Assembly (NCBI RefSeq): GCF_009914755.1
Contig: NC_060937.1
From: the human T2T-CHM13v2.0 reference genome, Homo sapiens
Reading direction: 5' to 3' (one strand)
DNA length: 64,000 nucleotides
The notes under the pieces are model-generated. The model made no database searches. It worked only from the letters and a program-made list of their open reading frames with translations, and was not told the origin of the DNA. This document shows positions 26,403 through 40,745 of this stretch, piece after piece; position 1 is the first letter of the stretch; every line of letters begins with the position of its first letter. A program made the translations under genes and the position numbers.

Positions 26403-26715
26403 TATTGTACAATAACTGGAAAATGTATTAAACAAAATGAATTGTATAATCAAATGTTTAATGAACACTAGATAAACATCCTAAAGAAAATATTAATGAA
26501 AATAAATTAGCAGCATATTGACATAATTAGACATCAACACTAAGTAAGCTTTATTTAAGAGACGCAAGAATGCTTCTATATTAGGAAAACTACCAAAATA
26601 GGCAATCATTTAATATAACATGAGAGAAGAGTAATGATTATTCCCATAGATACTTAAAGATATTTGGGGAAAAAAACTGTGATTACAACAAAAAACAAAA
26701 ATAGATAGGTACTTC

Positions 26716-27270
26716 TGTTGCAGCTTTTTCACTTCCATAGCTTTGTGAGTGGGAGGGAGGGTTACAGCTCTTTTACTCTTCTCACCCACGTCTCAGCAAA
26801 CAGGAGCATTACAGCTCTTTTGCTCCTTAGTTTGGTGAGTTTCGGGTCCTTGTCACATGACCAAGAGCAATGAAGTACGTGGACACTGGAGAGTGAGTAA
26901 CGCAGACTATAATTCTATTGAGCAACAGAAAGTACGCTCTCAGCAGTGAGAGTGGACCTGAAAGTGGGTTGCCATCTGTGAGAGGTAGCCTGGGGTTTTT
27001 ATGAGCTTAGAATGGGGGGATGTGTGCTGATTGGTCCGTGGGAGAGCTTAGAAAAATCACTATTCGATTGGTTAAAAAGCATCATTTAGAAAGAACCAAT
27101 TGAGAGAGAGTGGGTAAGAAAGAGATAGAAATTCTCACTTCAGTCCATGGATTCTATCTGAAACTGGTAGCTTAATTTTCAGGCTTTAGACTATCCTTTG
27201 CCTGAAAGTCAAGTTTCACCAGGGACCCATCTTGTCTGCCCAGGAATTTGTTTGTCTCCTGTCTCTATCA
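26716..27270 (-). mobile_element. ERV1 solo LTR (LTR27/LTR28/MER52-group-like)
   Basis: The minus strand starts TGATAGAGACAGGAGACAAACAAATTCCTGGGCAGAC and ends ...GCTGCAACA. Perfect 4-bp TSD CTTC. Confidence 0.82.
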
Positions 27271-30210
27271 CTTCCTTAATATAATCAGATATATCTATCT
27301 CATAGCAAACACTAGCATCATGTATCACATCGAAAGGTGTTTCTCTATATTATGGATAAAGAGTTCCTAGAAAATAATAAGAGATAAAAAGCAACATACC
27401 AATACAAAAGGACCTAAAGAATAAGGATAAATAATTCATAGAATGGGATGAATAGATGGTGATAATCCATTCAAGTTATAGAGATAACTCCAACTCAAAC
27501 ATAGATGCATTATGTGATTAGCCAGAACAAAAAAAGGGGATAAAATAATGGATATATATTTAATCTTGTACCAAACCATCATCTCTTATTTCAATACTTT
27601 CTTCCTCCTTAGCCTATTGTATTTTTTCCCACAGCCTGTATAATTTTAAGATATACTGTATAATGTTATATTTATAAAATTTCTAATATGTTTTCCCTCA
27701 TTAGAATGTAAACTCCTTGTTGGCAAGTCTTCTTTTGTTCACTGATGTAATCCAGTTGTTCGGTAAATGTTTGTAGATGACTGAACAATAAGTAGGATAT
27801 AAACAAAAATCTTATGATAGTGAGGCCATTTTCATTAAGGCAAAGGAGCTTCTCATTAAACCAATGATAGATATTTTACAAAATTCTATGTTTATTTCAT
27901 AAGAAACAATTACAGTCTTTTCTGTAAGACGCAAATAGATGAGCTAACAATAACTTTACGTTTAAATTTTTTTATGTGAGTTTCTCAAAAGGCATTTCGA
28001 AAATAAAATAGATTAATTGCCTACTGCTAGGATAAAATTATGTCATAGATTTTCTCCTGAGAGAATTCTCCATTGAATTGAATTCCTCCATATAGGGAGA
28101 TAACGAAGGCATCATTTTTGCTGGTTCAAACCTTCACATTGTGGATATTCTATTTTGATCCTCGCCTTCACCACTAATCAGTCAAGAGTGCAGCCTTATT
28201 CATCTTCGAACATATATTTTGTATAATATTTTATGCTTCTACAACTGGAATAATTAATACATTTTATTATTTCATACTTTGATTTATATTATAGTTTTCA
28301 TCTACTTTCATTCTTTGTATAGTTCTATTTTCATAAAATTAAAAAATGCATTCTTGCTAGCAAAAATAAAAATGTTCTTTTCCTTTGTATCATGGTATGC
28401 AAATATTAAATAAAAATGCTCCTCTTCTTGATGAGATTTACAGATAAATTGCCTTTTTTTCTATATTAATGTCTATGGAAAAAGTATGTTTTCTTCAGTT
28501 AGTATAGCTTACCAAACTTTAGAAATTTTATTAGTGAGAAAATGCTGGTAGTTTAATTTTTCTGCTCATCTCTACACATTTTATAAAAAAGTGATTGATC
28601 TTTCTGATAATTTCCTTTATATCTGTATTCCAAAATTAAAAAAAAATACTCCAGTATACTGCCAGTTTATCTACAATGTATTAAATAACAACTCATACTA
28701 ATAGTGCTCTTTAGAAAAAAACTATAATGTATGGTTTATTCAAAATTAAGATATGCTTTTATTTTGAACAAAAATAAACTAATACCTTAATATTTTCTGG
28801 CAAAGTAGAATTACGTTAGTTTTTTATCAGAATGATAAAAGACATTGATATATTAAATATTGGTAAATAGAAAGTAGTTATATAAAGCCATTAAATTTAA
28901 ATTTTATTTTGACTGTGCATAGGTATAATCGAATTAAAACAGGTAATAATTTGAGATTAAATATTTAGTAACTAGTTTCAGTACATCAAAAGTCTCATAC
29001 TATTCACAACATTTAAAAGCAGAAAAAATAAAAAAAAATTATGATTATAGAGAATGATGAGTATCAGTTAATTCATCCATTTAAGTTCCTTTATTCTGTA
29101 TTCTGCGTGAGTCCCAACAGAAGACTACAATACCATTTTACAAAATGTTTGGAAAAATCCACATGAGGGATTGCCAATGAAAACATCAATATTTAATATT
29201 AGAACATAGAATAATCAATGTCTAATAAAAAACCTGATAAGACAGAAAAAAGGGAATGTTATGGATGCTTTTGAATGGCAAATATAGATCAAATATTGAC
29301 TCTTTTTTTCTGTGTACTGCTTTTCAATATTTAAGCTTGACTTGATTACTTAAATAAAATCAATTACTTGGGCCAAGTATGTAAACCAATATGTGTTAAC
29401 TCCTCAGTATATTTAAATTTTATAAGTAATTATATCAAATACTGAAATATATTTTCTGCTGATTATTTTGCTGAGAAATAAGTAAATTTGGTATGATTCA
29501 CTCCCCTCTCTACCTACTTTTATCAAATACATTACTATAATTAATTACTTGTTTTTTAAAAGGTATCTACATTCTAAGAAATACCAATATAAAGCTATTG
29601 GAAAGATCTGAAATAAATATTAAGGCAAATGAATTATGATCCAGGATTTTCCTGGTATACCATAGAGATTCACATTTGAAATCACTTTGATTTCATCCTG
29701 ACCTGTAACCAGTTCAGGTATTGTATCTCAATGAATGGCTCATCATATGCCCACCTGTGCCATTTTGCATTAATTCTCCAGGGCACAGATGAAAATAACT
29801 TTACAGAAAGTATGTCATCATTATCATCACCATCATCTAAATGTGTTAACATAAACAAGAATTTGGGTATTAAAATGTAATGGGACACTATATGTAAAAA
29901 CATTATAACAAAAAAATGCGTTTTCCTCTGTCTCAAAAATTACAACATTAAAGAAAAATAAAAGCATCTACTTAGCTATTATCATCAGACTAAAATACCC
30001 AAAATATAACCAGCCTACTAAATGTATGAAATTTGATGTGTTAAATAGAACACAGACCAAGAAACCTCAAGGTATATTAGCATAAATATGACAGAAATTT
30101 ATTTCTCTTTTTTTTAATTATTTAAAGTAAGCAAGTGGTTCTGGTTGGTGGTACATCTTAGCTCCATTTTATCTTTCAAAGGACGAGAAATTTCTCTATC
30201 TTTATCATCA

Positions 30211-30422
30211 CCAGGTTCAAACAATTCTCCTGCCTCAGCCTCTCGAGTAGCTGGGACTACAGAGGTATGCCATCATGTATGACAAATTTTTGTATTTTTA
30301 GTAGAGACGGAGTTTCACCATGTTGGCCAGGCAGGCTAATCTCGAACTCCTAACCTCAAGTGATCCACCCACCATGGCCTCCTAAAGTACTGGGATTACA
30401 GGCATGAGCCACTGCTCCCAGC
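30211..30422 (-). mobile_element. AluS lacking its 3' ~90 nt and tail
   Basis: Left arm, linker and part of the right arm present. It ends abruptly at CCAGGTTC on the left. Confidence 0.9.
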
Positions 30423-30424
30423 AG

Positions 30425-33400
30425 CAATTTTTAGTTTTTTGATGAACCTCCCAAGTGTTCTTCATAGCGGTTGTACTCATTTACATTCTCACCAAGTGTA
30501 TGAGGGTTCTGTTTTCTCCACATTGTCACCAGCATTTGTTATTGCCTGTCTTTTGGATATAAGCCATTGTAACTGGGGTGAGATATCTCATTACAGTTTT
30601 GATTTACATTTCTCTGATGATCAATAATACTGAGCCCCTTTTCATATGCCTGTTTGCCATCTATATGTCTTCTTTTGAGAAATGCCTATTCAGACCTTTG
30701 GCTGATTTTTAAAATCAGATTATTATATTTTTTCCTACACAGTTGTTTGTGCTCCTATATAGTATGCTTATTAATCATTTGTCAGATGAGTAGTTTGCAA
30801 ATATATTCTCCCATTCTGTGGATGATATCTTCACTTTTTGATGGTTTCCTTTGCTGTGCAGAGGCTTTTTAACTTTATATAATCCGATTTGTACAGTTTT
30901 TGTTGGGTTGCCTGTTCCTGAGGGATATTGCTCAATAACTTTTTGCCCAGACCAATGTCCTAGAAATTTTCCCAAATGTTTTATTATAGTAGTTTTATAG
31001 TATGGGATCTTAGATTTAATTCTTTAGTACACTTTAATTTTTGTATATGGTGAGAGATAGGGATCTACTTTCCTTCTTTTGAATGTGAATATCCAGTTTT
31101 CCCAGCACCATTCATTGAAGAGACTCTCTTTTCCCCGGTGTATGTTCTTGGCACCTTTGTCACAAATGAGTTCACGGTAGGTGCATAGATTTGTTTCTGG
31201 GTTCTCTATTCTGTTCCATTGTTTCTATATTTCGGTTTTTATGCCAGTGCAGTGCCATTTAGGTTACTACAGCTCTGTAATATGAATACAATTTGAAGTC
31301 AGGTATTGGGATTCCTCCAGTTTTGTTATTTTTGCTCACAATATCTTTGGCTATTCTGGGTCTTTTGTCATTCCACATCAATTTTAGAATTTTTTTTTTC
31401 TATTTATGTGAAGAATGTCATCTGTATTTTCACAGGGATTACAGAAAATCTGTAGGTTGCTGTGGGTAATAAACAATAATTTTAACAATATTGATTTTTC
31501 TATCAACATGGACTACCTTTCCATTTTTTGGTGCCCTCTTCAAATTCTTTTATCAATGTTTCATACTTTTCATTGTAGATATCTTTCACTTCTTTTGTTA
31601 ATTCCTAGGTATTTAATTTTATCTGTGGCTAATGTAATGGGCTTGCTTTTTTATTTAAGATTGTTCACACTTACCATATAGAAATGCTACTGCTTTTTGT
31701 ATGTTGATTTTGTATTCAGCAACTTTACTAAATTTGTTTATTAGTTTTAACAGTATTTTTGTGGAGTATTTAGGATTTTCCAAATATAGGATTATATCGT
31801 CTACAAACAAGGATATTTTGGATTCTTCCTTTCCAATTTGGATGACCTTCATTTCTTTCTCATATCTGATTGCTTTAGCTAGGACTTCCAGTACCTTGTT
31901 GGATAACAGTGGTGATAGTGGGCCTCCTTGTCATGTTCCAGATTTTAGAGGAAAGGCTTTCAGTATTTCTTCATTATGTATGAATCTAACAGTGGGTCTG
32001 TCATTATGGCTTTTATTATCCTGAGGTATGTTCCTTCTGTACACAGTTTCTGAGGGTTTTTATCATGAATGGATGTTAAATTTTATCAAATGCTTTTTTT
32101 GTAGCATCAATTGAAATTATCATATAATTTTTGTCCTTCATTCTCTTGCTGTGATGTACCACATTAATTGATTCATTTATGTTGAATGGTCCTTGCATCC
32201 CTAAGATAAGCCCACTTGGTCATAAATGTGATCTTTTTAATGTATTGTTGAATTCAGTTTGCCAATATTTTCTTAAGGATATTTGCATCAATATTCCTGT
32301 GTCTTTGTCTGGTTTGGGTATCACAGTAATACTAGACTTGTGGAATGAGTCTATAAGTATTCCTACCCCCTTTGTTTTTCTGAATAGTTTGAGTAGTACT
32401 GGTATTACTTCTTCTTTAAATGTTTGGCAGAATTCAGCAGTGAAGCCATCAGATCCTAGGCTTTTGTTGCTTGGAGACTTTTTATTTTGGCATTGATCTC
32501 ATTACTTTTTATTGGCCTTTTTATTTGGATTTCTTTTTAGTTCAATCGTGGTAGGTTGTATGTGTCTAGGAATTAATCCATTCATGGTAGATTTTCCAAT
32601 TTTTTGGCATATAATTGCTCATAGTGGTCATTAATTATCCTTTGAACTTCTGCGTTATCCACTGTAATGTCTCCTTTATGACCTCTGATTATATTTATCT
32701 TGGTCTTCTCAGTTTTTTCATCCTTACTCTAGCTAAAGTTTTGTCAATCTTGTTTATCTTTTCAAAAAACCAACTTTTTGTTTCATTTACCTTTTGTATT
32801 GTTTTTTCATTTCAAGTTTCTTTCTGTTCTGATCTTATTATTTCTTTTCTTTTATTAATTTCAGTTTCAATTTTCTCTTGCTTTTCTATTTGCATCATTG
32901 GGTTATTTATTTGAAGTTTTTCTTCTTTTTCATGTGAAAACTTGCAGCTATCAATTTTCTTCTTAGTACTGCATTTATTGTAACCTATAGGTTTTAGTAT
33001 GTTGTTTTTCTATGATTTGTTTCAATAAACTTTTAAATTTTCTTCCTAATTTTTTCATTGACCACTGGTTTTTCAGGAGTACATTGCTTAATTCCCATGT
33101 GTTTGTATAGTTTTCAAAATTCATCTTGTTATTGATTTATTTCATTGTGCTCAGAGAATGTGTTTGATGTTTCAATTTTTGAATGCTTTAAAACTTGCTT
33201 TGTGACCTAATATATGGTCTGTCCTTGAGAATGATCCATGTACTAAGGAGAAGAATGTGTATTTTGCAGCCATTGGATGAAAGGTTCTGTAAATATCCAT
33301 TAGATCCATTTATTCTATAGTGCAAATTAAGTCCTATGTTTCTTTGTTGATTTTTTTTTTTTTTTTTGTCTAGGAGATCTGTTCAATGCTGAAAACAAGG

Positions 33401-36400
33401 TGTTGAAGTCTCCAGCTGTTTTTGTATTAGAATCTATATCTCTCTTTGGCTCTAATAATTTTTCCTTTATATATCTGGGTGCTCCAGTATTGGGTGAATA
33501 TATTTACAACAGTTATATCCTCCTGATGAATTGACATTTTTATCATTATATAATGACTTTCTTTGTCTCTTCTTGTAGTTTTTATCTTGCAATCTCGTTT
33601 GTCTGGTAGAAGTAAAGCTACTCATGCTCTTTTTTCATTTCTATTCATATGAAATATATTTTATCTCTTGTTTATTTCCAGTCTCTGTCAGTCTTTACAG
33701 GTGAAGTGTGTTTCTTGTAGGTATGAGGTAATTGTGTCTTTTTTTTTTCCATTGAACCACTCTATGTCTATTTATTGAAGAGTTTTGTCTATCGATATTT
33801 GATGTTATTGTTAGTAAGTACGGACTTACCTCTGGAATGTTATTTGTTTCCTGGTTGTTTTGTGGTCTTCTTCCTTCTTTTGTCCTGATTCCTTTTAGTG
33901 AAGTTGGTTGTCTCTGATGGAATGATTTAATTTATTTCTTTATATGTGTATCCATTGTAAGATTTTTGACTTGAGGTTGCATGAAACTTGGCATGGAACA
34001 CTATCTTATAATCCATTATTTTAAACTGTTACAACTTAACACTGCATAAATAAACAGATACACAAAAAGAAAACTAATAAAAAATCTAAACTATAACTTT
34101 ATCTCTCATTTTTTAAGTTTATGCTGTTTCTCTTTATGTCTTATTGTGTTGTCTATATCTTGAAAAATTGTAATAGTTTTTTTTATTAGCTAATTTAGTC
34201 TTTCTGTGTGAGATAAGAGTAGTTTACATATCCCCATTACAGTGTTATGATATTCTTTATTTTTTGGTGTGCTTCCTATTGCCAGTGAGTTTTGTACCTT
34301 CAGATGATTTCTCATTGCTCATTAACATCCTTTTCTTTCAAATTGATGAACTCCCTTTAGCATTTCTTGTAGGACTGGTCTGGTGTTGACGAAATCTTCA
34401 GCCTTTTTTTTTTCTTTTTTGAAGGTCTTTATTTCTCTTTCATTCTTAAAGAATATTTTTGCCACATATTCTATTATAGGGTTAAAGTTTTTTTGTTTTT
34501 TTTTTCCTTCATCACTTTAAATACATCATGTGACTCTCCTGGACTATAAGATTTCCACTGAAAAGCCTGCTACCAGTCATATTGTAGCTCCATTTTATGT
34601 TATTTGTTTCTTTTCTCTTGCTGCTTTTAGGATCCTTTCTTTAGGATCCTTGACCTTTAGGGGTTTGATTATTAAATACCTCCAGGTAGTCTTATTTGGA
34701 TTAAATCTATTTGTTGTTCTATAACCTTCTTGTATTGAATGTTGATATTTTTCTCTAGGCTTGGGAAATTCTCTGATATTATTTCTTTGAATAAACTTTC
34801 GATCCCATCTCTTTCTAAGTCCTCTTTAAGGCAAATCCCTCCTAAATGTGCCTATTTGAGGCTTTTTTTCTCGTTCTTGTAGGTGTGCTTCATTTTTTTA
34901 TTCTATTGTCTTTTGTCTTCTGTGCGTATTTTCAAACAGCCTGTCTTCAAGCTAATTCTTTCTTCTGCTTGTTCAGTTCTGCTAATAGAGAAGACTTTGA
35001 TGCATTCTTCAGTATGTCGATTGCCTTTCCCAACTCTAGAATTTCTGCTTAATTCTTTTTAATCATTTCAATCTCTTTGCTAAATGTATCTGATAGAATT
35101 TTGAATTCCTTTCCTGTGTTATCTTTAATTTCTTTGAGTTCCCACAAAACGGCTGTTGTAAAGTGTCTGTCTGATAGGTTACATATCTCCATTTCTCCCA
35201 CATTGGTCCCTGGTGCCTTATTTAGTTTGTTTGGTGAAGTTGTATTTCCCTGGATGGTTTTGATGTTTGTAGATGTTTGTCAGTGTCTAGGCGTTAAAGA
35301 GTTAGGCATTTATTGCAGTCTTTGCAGTCAAGGCTTCTTTGTGCCCATTCCTTTTGGGAAGGCTGTCCAGATACCCAAAGGGACTTGGGCCCCAAGACCA
35401 ATAATGCTGTGGTTTTGGAAGACTTGTAGAATAACTGCCTTTGTGTTCTTGGATAAAATCTGGAAGACTTTAATCTAAATTACCAGGAAGTGACTCTTGT
35501 TTTCTCGCCTTACTTTCTCCCAAACAAATGGAATCTCTCTTCCTGTGCTGAGCCAACCTTGTTGTGATTTAAGCACCCCTGTGGCCACCAGCACTTGGAC
35601 TATGCTGGGTCAAACCTGAAGCCAACGCGACACGAAATTTCACCCAAGGTCCACTGTAACCACTACCTGGCTACTACTCATGTTCATTCAAGACCTCTGG
35701 ACTCTATAATCAGCTGTTGGTGAGACCAGGCAGGCTTGTGTCTTTCCCTTCAGGGCAGTGAATTACCTCAGGCTCCAGGCAGGTCCAGAGATGCTGTCTG
35801 GGAGTCAGGGATTGTTGTCAAAACCTTACAAACTGCTAAGATATTCTATTCTACTACGTCTAAGCTGGAACTCAAGCCACAGATAAAGTCCTTTCTACTC
35901 TTCCCTCCCCTTTCCACAGATAAAGTCCTTTCTACTCTTCCCTCCCCTTTCCTCTATGTGAGGTTCAGCTCTTCAGTCAGCTTTTAGTAAATGCTTCCAG
36001 CAGGGTACTCACCTTTCGGGTCTCTAAGGTCCTCTCTGGCCCAAGGCAGGTCCAGAAATGCTGTCCTAGAGCCTAGACCTGGATTTGGGGATCCCAATTG
36101 CCTGCTTGTTGCTCTACCCCACCGTATCTAAACTGGTGACTAAGGCGCAAGACAAAGTCCCCTTTGTTTTTCCCTTTTCTTTTCTCAAGCACATGAAATC
36201 TTTCACCACAGACACCATAGCTGGAAATGTGCTGGGTCACACCTGAAGCCAGCATGTCTCATAGCATGAGGGCTCTTTATTCAGTGGGTGATAAATCTTG
36301 CCAGGGCTAGGTCTTTCTTTTCAAGGCAAGGGTTTTTGTTTTGGTTGAGGGTGTGTCTAGAAATGTCATCCAAGTGCTAGGTCCTGGAATAGGGGCCTCA

Positions 36401-37277
36401 TGACTCTGACGGGTGCCATATCCTACTGTGGCTGAGCTGGTATCCAAGAAGCAAGACAAATTCCTCTTTACTCTTTGCTCTCCTCTCTTTAAGCAGAAAG
36501 AAGGAGTCACTTTTGTTGCTGCAAGCTGTGCTGCCTGGGGCTGGGGGACGGGTATAGCAGCAATCCCTTAGCTTCCCAGCTGGTATATCCTTAGGTCTCA
36601 TGCAAGCCTAGTCCACTGACTCTAAGCCAAGCCCAGCCCAGCATTCTGAGTTGTCCAGTAATTGCAGTCCTTGTGTCCCAGACTGCCTTTCAAGTTTATC
36701 TAAAACCACAGAGCCCTTTGGTCTATGGTGGAGAGACTTGCTGAGAAATTCACTCAACTTGCAACCACTGGCATGGGTGATTCTTCTCTGGCTAGGTCTG
36801 GTCTGGATGTTCCCTCCATACAGACTTCTCTTGATTATCAGGCAGAGACTGTTCTGTTTCCTTATTTTCTGCCAAACAAATGGAGTCTTCTCTCTGTGCT
36901 GACCTGCCTAGAGCTAGGGGTGTGGTTATACAAGCACCCCTTGTGGCCACCAGCACTGGAGCTGTGCTGGGTCAGACTTTAAGCTAGCATAGCACTGGGT
37001 CTTGTCCAAGGCTTGCTGTAATCACTACTTGCTACCACCTATGTTCACTTCAGGACCTTGGGCTCCATGATCAGCTGTTGGTGAACCAGGAAGGTTTGTG
37101 TTCTTCCCCTCAGAGCCGCAAATTTCCCTAGGCTCTGAATGGATCCTTAAATGCTATCTGGGAATCATAGATTGGAGTTAAAAATGTTAGAAAATGTCCT
37201 GATATACTATTTTACTGTGGCTAAGCTAGCATTTAAGCCACAAGACAAAATCCTTTCCACTTTTCTCTCCTTTTTCC
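30425..37277 (-). mobile_element. Long L1 (L1MA/L1M2-type): ORF2, ORF1 and repetitive 5'UTR; 3'UTR missing
   Basis: Minus ORFs 31655-31852 ([25 protein letters not shown]...[19 protein letters not shown]) and 30775-30975 (TEWENIFANYSSDK). GC-richer repeated 5' region at ~35450-37277. Confidence 0.93.
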
Positions 37278-38420
37278 AGTTTGGCTGTGAATCTGCTTGG
37301 TCCTGGGATTTTTTTTGTTGATTTTTTTTTTATTACTAATTCTTACTCACCAACTCATTATTAGTCTGTTCAGAATTTTTATTTCTTCCTGGTTCGATCT
37401 TGGGAGATTGTATGTTTCCAGGGATGTATTCATTTCCTCTAGGTTTTTTTATTGTGCGCATAGAGATGTTCAAAGCATCCTCTGAAGATCTTCTGTATTT
37501 TTGTGGTATCAGTTGTAATGTCACCTTTATCATTTCTGATTATGTTTATTTGAATCTTCTCTCTTGTTTTCATCATTAGTCTAGCTAATAGTCAGTGAAT
37601 TTTGTTTATTCTTTCAAATAACCAACTTTTTGTTTCATTGATCCTTCTTTTCTGGGGGATCTCAATCTAATTTACTTCTCTGAATTTTTATTTCTTTTCT
37701 ACTGCTAGCTTTGAGTTTGGTTTGTTCTTGTTTTTCTAGTTTCTTGAGGTGTGATGTTAGGTTGTTAATTTGAGATCTTTCCATCTTTTTGAGGTAGATA
37801 GACATGTAATGCTATAAACTTTTTTCTCAGTACCGCTTTTGCTATATCCTAAAAGTTCTGGTATCTTGTGTCTATTTTCATTTATTTCAAAGATCTTCTT
37901 TTTTTTAATTTCTGCCTTTATTTAATTGTGTATCCAAATTCATTCAGGAGGAAGTTTTTTAGTTTCCATGTATTTGTGTAGTTTTGAGAGTTTTGAGTTT
38001 TTTCTTTGTGTTGACCTCTAATTTTACTCCTCTGTCATCCGGATAGCAAGAAGATATATCTATCCTAAATATATATGCACCCTACATCAGAGTACTCAGA
38101 TTCATAAAGCAAATACTAGCAGACCTAAGAAAAGAGACTGATATTGATGCAGTAATGGTGGGAAACTTCAACACTTCACTGACATCACTAGAAAGATCAT
38201 TAAGGCCAAAAATCTACAAAGAATATCTTGGCTTAAACTGGAAAATAGACCCAACAGTCCTAAAAGACATTTACCAAACAGTCTATCCAACAAGCATAGA
38301 ATATACATTCTTCTCATCTGTGCATGGAACATTCTCCAAAATTGACCATATGCTCAGCCATAAAGCAAATCACAATAAGATAAAAAAATAGAAATCACAT
38401 CAACTGTCTTCTAGGACCAG
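37278..38420 (-). mobile_element. Second L1 ORF2 segment with inverted 5' part (37278-38043 minus; 38044-38420 plus)
   Basis: The minus part runs from the SDH-like EN end to PGPSRFTA. The plus part encodes EDISILNIYAP...GNFNTSL...TFSKIDHMLSHK...KIEI (ORF 38155-38391). Confidence 0.85.
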
Positions 38421-38424
38421 ATGG

Positions 38425-38626
38425 TAAAATTTTATAATAAAAGCCTCACTATACCCCAATGTGTTACTGAAGATGTAGAGCAACAGAAACTATAACATGT
38501 TGCTCATAGGAGTGTGAATTGAACAGTCTTAAAAAAACACAGACACATGGATGTATCCTCTAAACTTAAAAATACGACTCTCCTATGATTCAGCAATTGT
38601 TTGCCTACTTATATACTGAATAGAAA

Positions 38627-38666
<40 letters not shown>

Positions 38667-39060
38667 TAACAGTAACAGCTTTGTCAAGATAGCCCCAACT
38701 AGAAACAACTCAAATGTCAATCAACACTTAAAAAATGAGTAATATTATGTAGGTTCATATTTTGAAATTCTACAAAGTAATAATTAAAATTGAACTACTT
38801 TTGCATAAAACCACATGATGTTGAAAGACCAAGTTCAAAATATCTCAACCTATAAAAATATATTTATAGGAATTTCAATTAAAAAAAAGGCAAAGCAACT
38901 TTTATGGTTACAGAAGCCTGAAGACAGACTATTCCATGGTGAAGGCAATGAGTAGGGAGGGATAGGAGGGAATATTCTGGGATGCTGACACTGCCCTATG
39001 TCAACATATGTAAATATATGTGCTTATATATAATACTCATATAAATATCAATAAAATAGA
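38425..39060 (+). mobile_element. Ancient L1ME-like 3' region
   Basis: 'GATGTAGAGCAACAGAAAC', 'CCTATGATTCAGCAATT', 'CTAGAAACAACTCAAATGTCAATCAAC', 'TTCTGGGATGCTG'. Confidence 0.7.
38631..38663. repeat. (TA)n microsatellite
   Basis: Perfect TA run of ~16 units. Confidence 0.96.
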
Positions 39061-40609
39061 AAGCTAAACAAAAATATTTTCTAAGAAACCAAAAAATGTA
39101 AGAATCTGTCAGGAGCAGACCAACTAATTCCTAATGGTATGTCTTTTGCTCAAGGAATAATCCCCAATGGAAGTATGTAAATACAGAAAAAATATAGATT
39201 TCCCAAATTTTCCATTTTTATAGAAATATAATAGACTATAAATACAAATACAAATCTAAATGAGTATTGATGTTATAAAATAATACTAATAGTTACTTGT
39301 TACATGTAAAATATATTTAAACTCAAGATATGTGACTAATTATTAAAAATTAGTGAAGATAGAGAATATTCATAAAGTGTTCTAATGCATTATACAAGCA
39401 GTGGTGAAATTACTAATCTATATCAATCTTTAAGGTCAAGTATACTAATATAAATTGTTAGAATTTCCACTAAAATTGTAGTAAACAATTATGTGATTAT
39501 TGAGGTTATAGAGGGTTTAATGGAATAACAAAATGTATCACATATGAAACAAATAGTAAACCAATAATAAGAGTATGTTTAAAATCAAAGATATCATCAA
39601 TCACATTAAATGTAAATGGAATAAATATTCCAGTTCAATGCAGATTGTCAAACTGGATTAAAAAGTCTGATACGTTTTACAAGAAACGGTTTCCTTTAAT
39701 ATAAGGATATAGAAAATACAGGTAAATCTATCACAGAGATCTTGTAATTTAACCTAAAACCGTTGGCGCCTTTTCTCAGTAAGATTTAGTTTCAGATTTC
39801 CATATCATATTAAGTCAATCTCAAAACTAGAAGACAAAAAAAAATTCATTTAGTGATAGTAGTAATGAATTATTAATTTTTTTGGTTCAATTTACCTTTG
39901 AAAAATATTTCTTTACACTGTGTTGCAGCATTTGAATTTTTACTTTTTTAAAGTGACCTCAGTGACATAGCACTAAGTGCTTTCCCTGATGAATGAAGAA
40001 TATAACCAAACAATAACTGTGCCCAAGTATTAATTATAAAAAAAACTTTGATGTTATAATTACTTTCTGAGTAGCCCCTCCATGCATGCCTCTAAATGAC
40101 AAAAGCTGAGACATAATTGTCTCCTTAATGTCCAGTTAGATTAAAACCCTTTTAGTGTTCAATCAATACAATTCTACAGACTGGAGGAAATGAAATGAGA
40201 ACAAGGTGGCTTATGACCACAACTTTTTCTAAAATTCTATGTATAAAAACAAAATTAATACACTGTAAATGTACAGTAAAAAAAATACACTGAGATTTTT
40301 TGAAATGGGTATTAAAGTACTAATTTTTAATTCCAAAATGTATGTTTTCTCTCATCCATCACCATCCTCCCTACCCATCCCCAACAAAGACTCCCTGTAT
40401 TTCCTCTGCAGGAAGGCAAAATAAGTCCATTTGTTTCAATGTTAAGATAGCATGTGTCTTATGTGAAGTTTATTAGAATATATATCTCTCATTCTCCAGG
40501 AGTAAAGCAGTTAGATACATTATAAAACATGTTGTTTAATGAAAAACAAAATTTAAAACTCATACAACCATGTATTCAAATATGTATTCATTTATATGTG
40601 CTGAATGTT

Positions 40610-40745
40610 TAGTGATTTCTAACAGCCTAATTTCATCATATACATAATGGGTATAACATTTCTTCCTCACATGGCTATTATCAAATTAAATAGTGGAATG
40701 CATCTATGAAGGACTTAGCCCAAAATAGCTATGTTTTCAATAAAC
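40610..40745 (+). mobile_element. MIR fragment
   Basis: 'CCTAATTTCATCATATACATAATGGGTATAAC...CCTCACATGGCTATTATCAAATTAAATAG...ACTTAGC', a degenerate MIR core. Confidence 0.55.
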
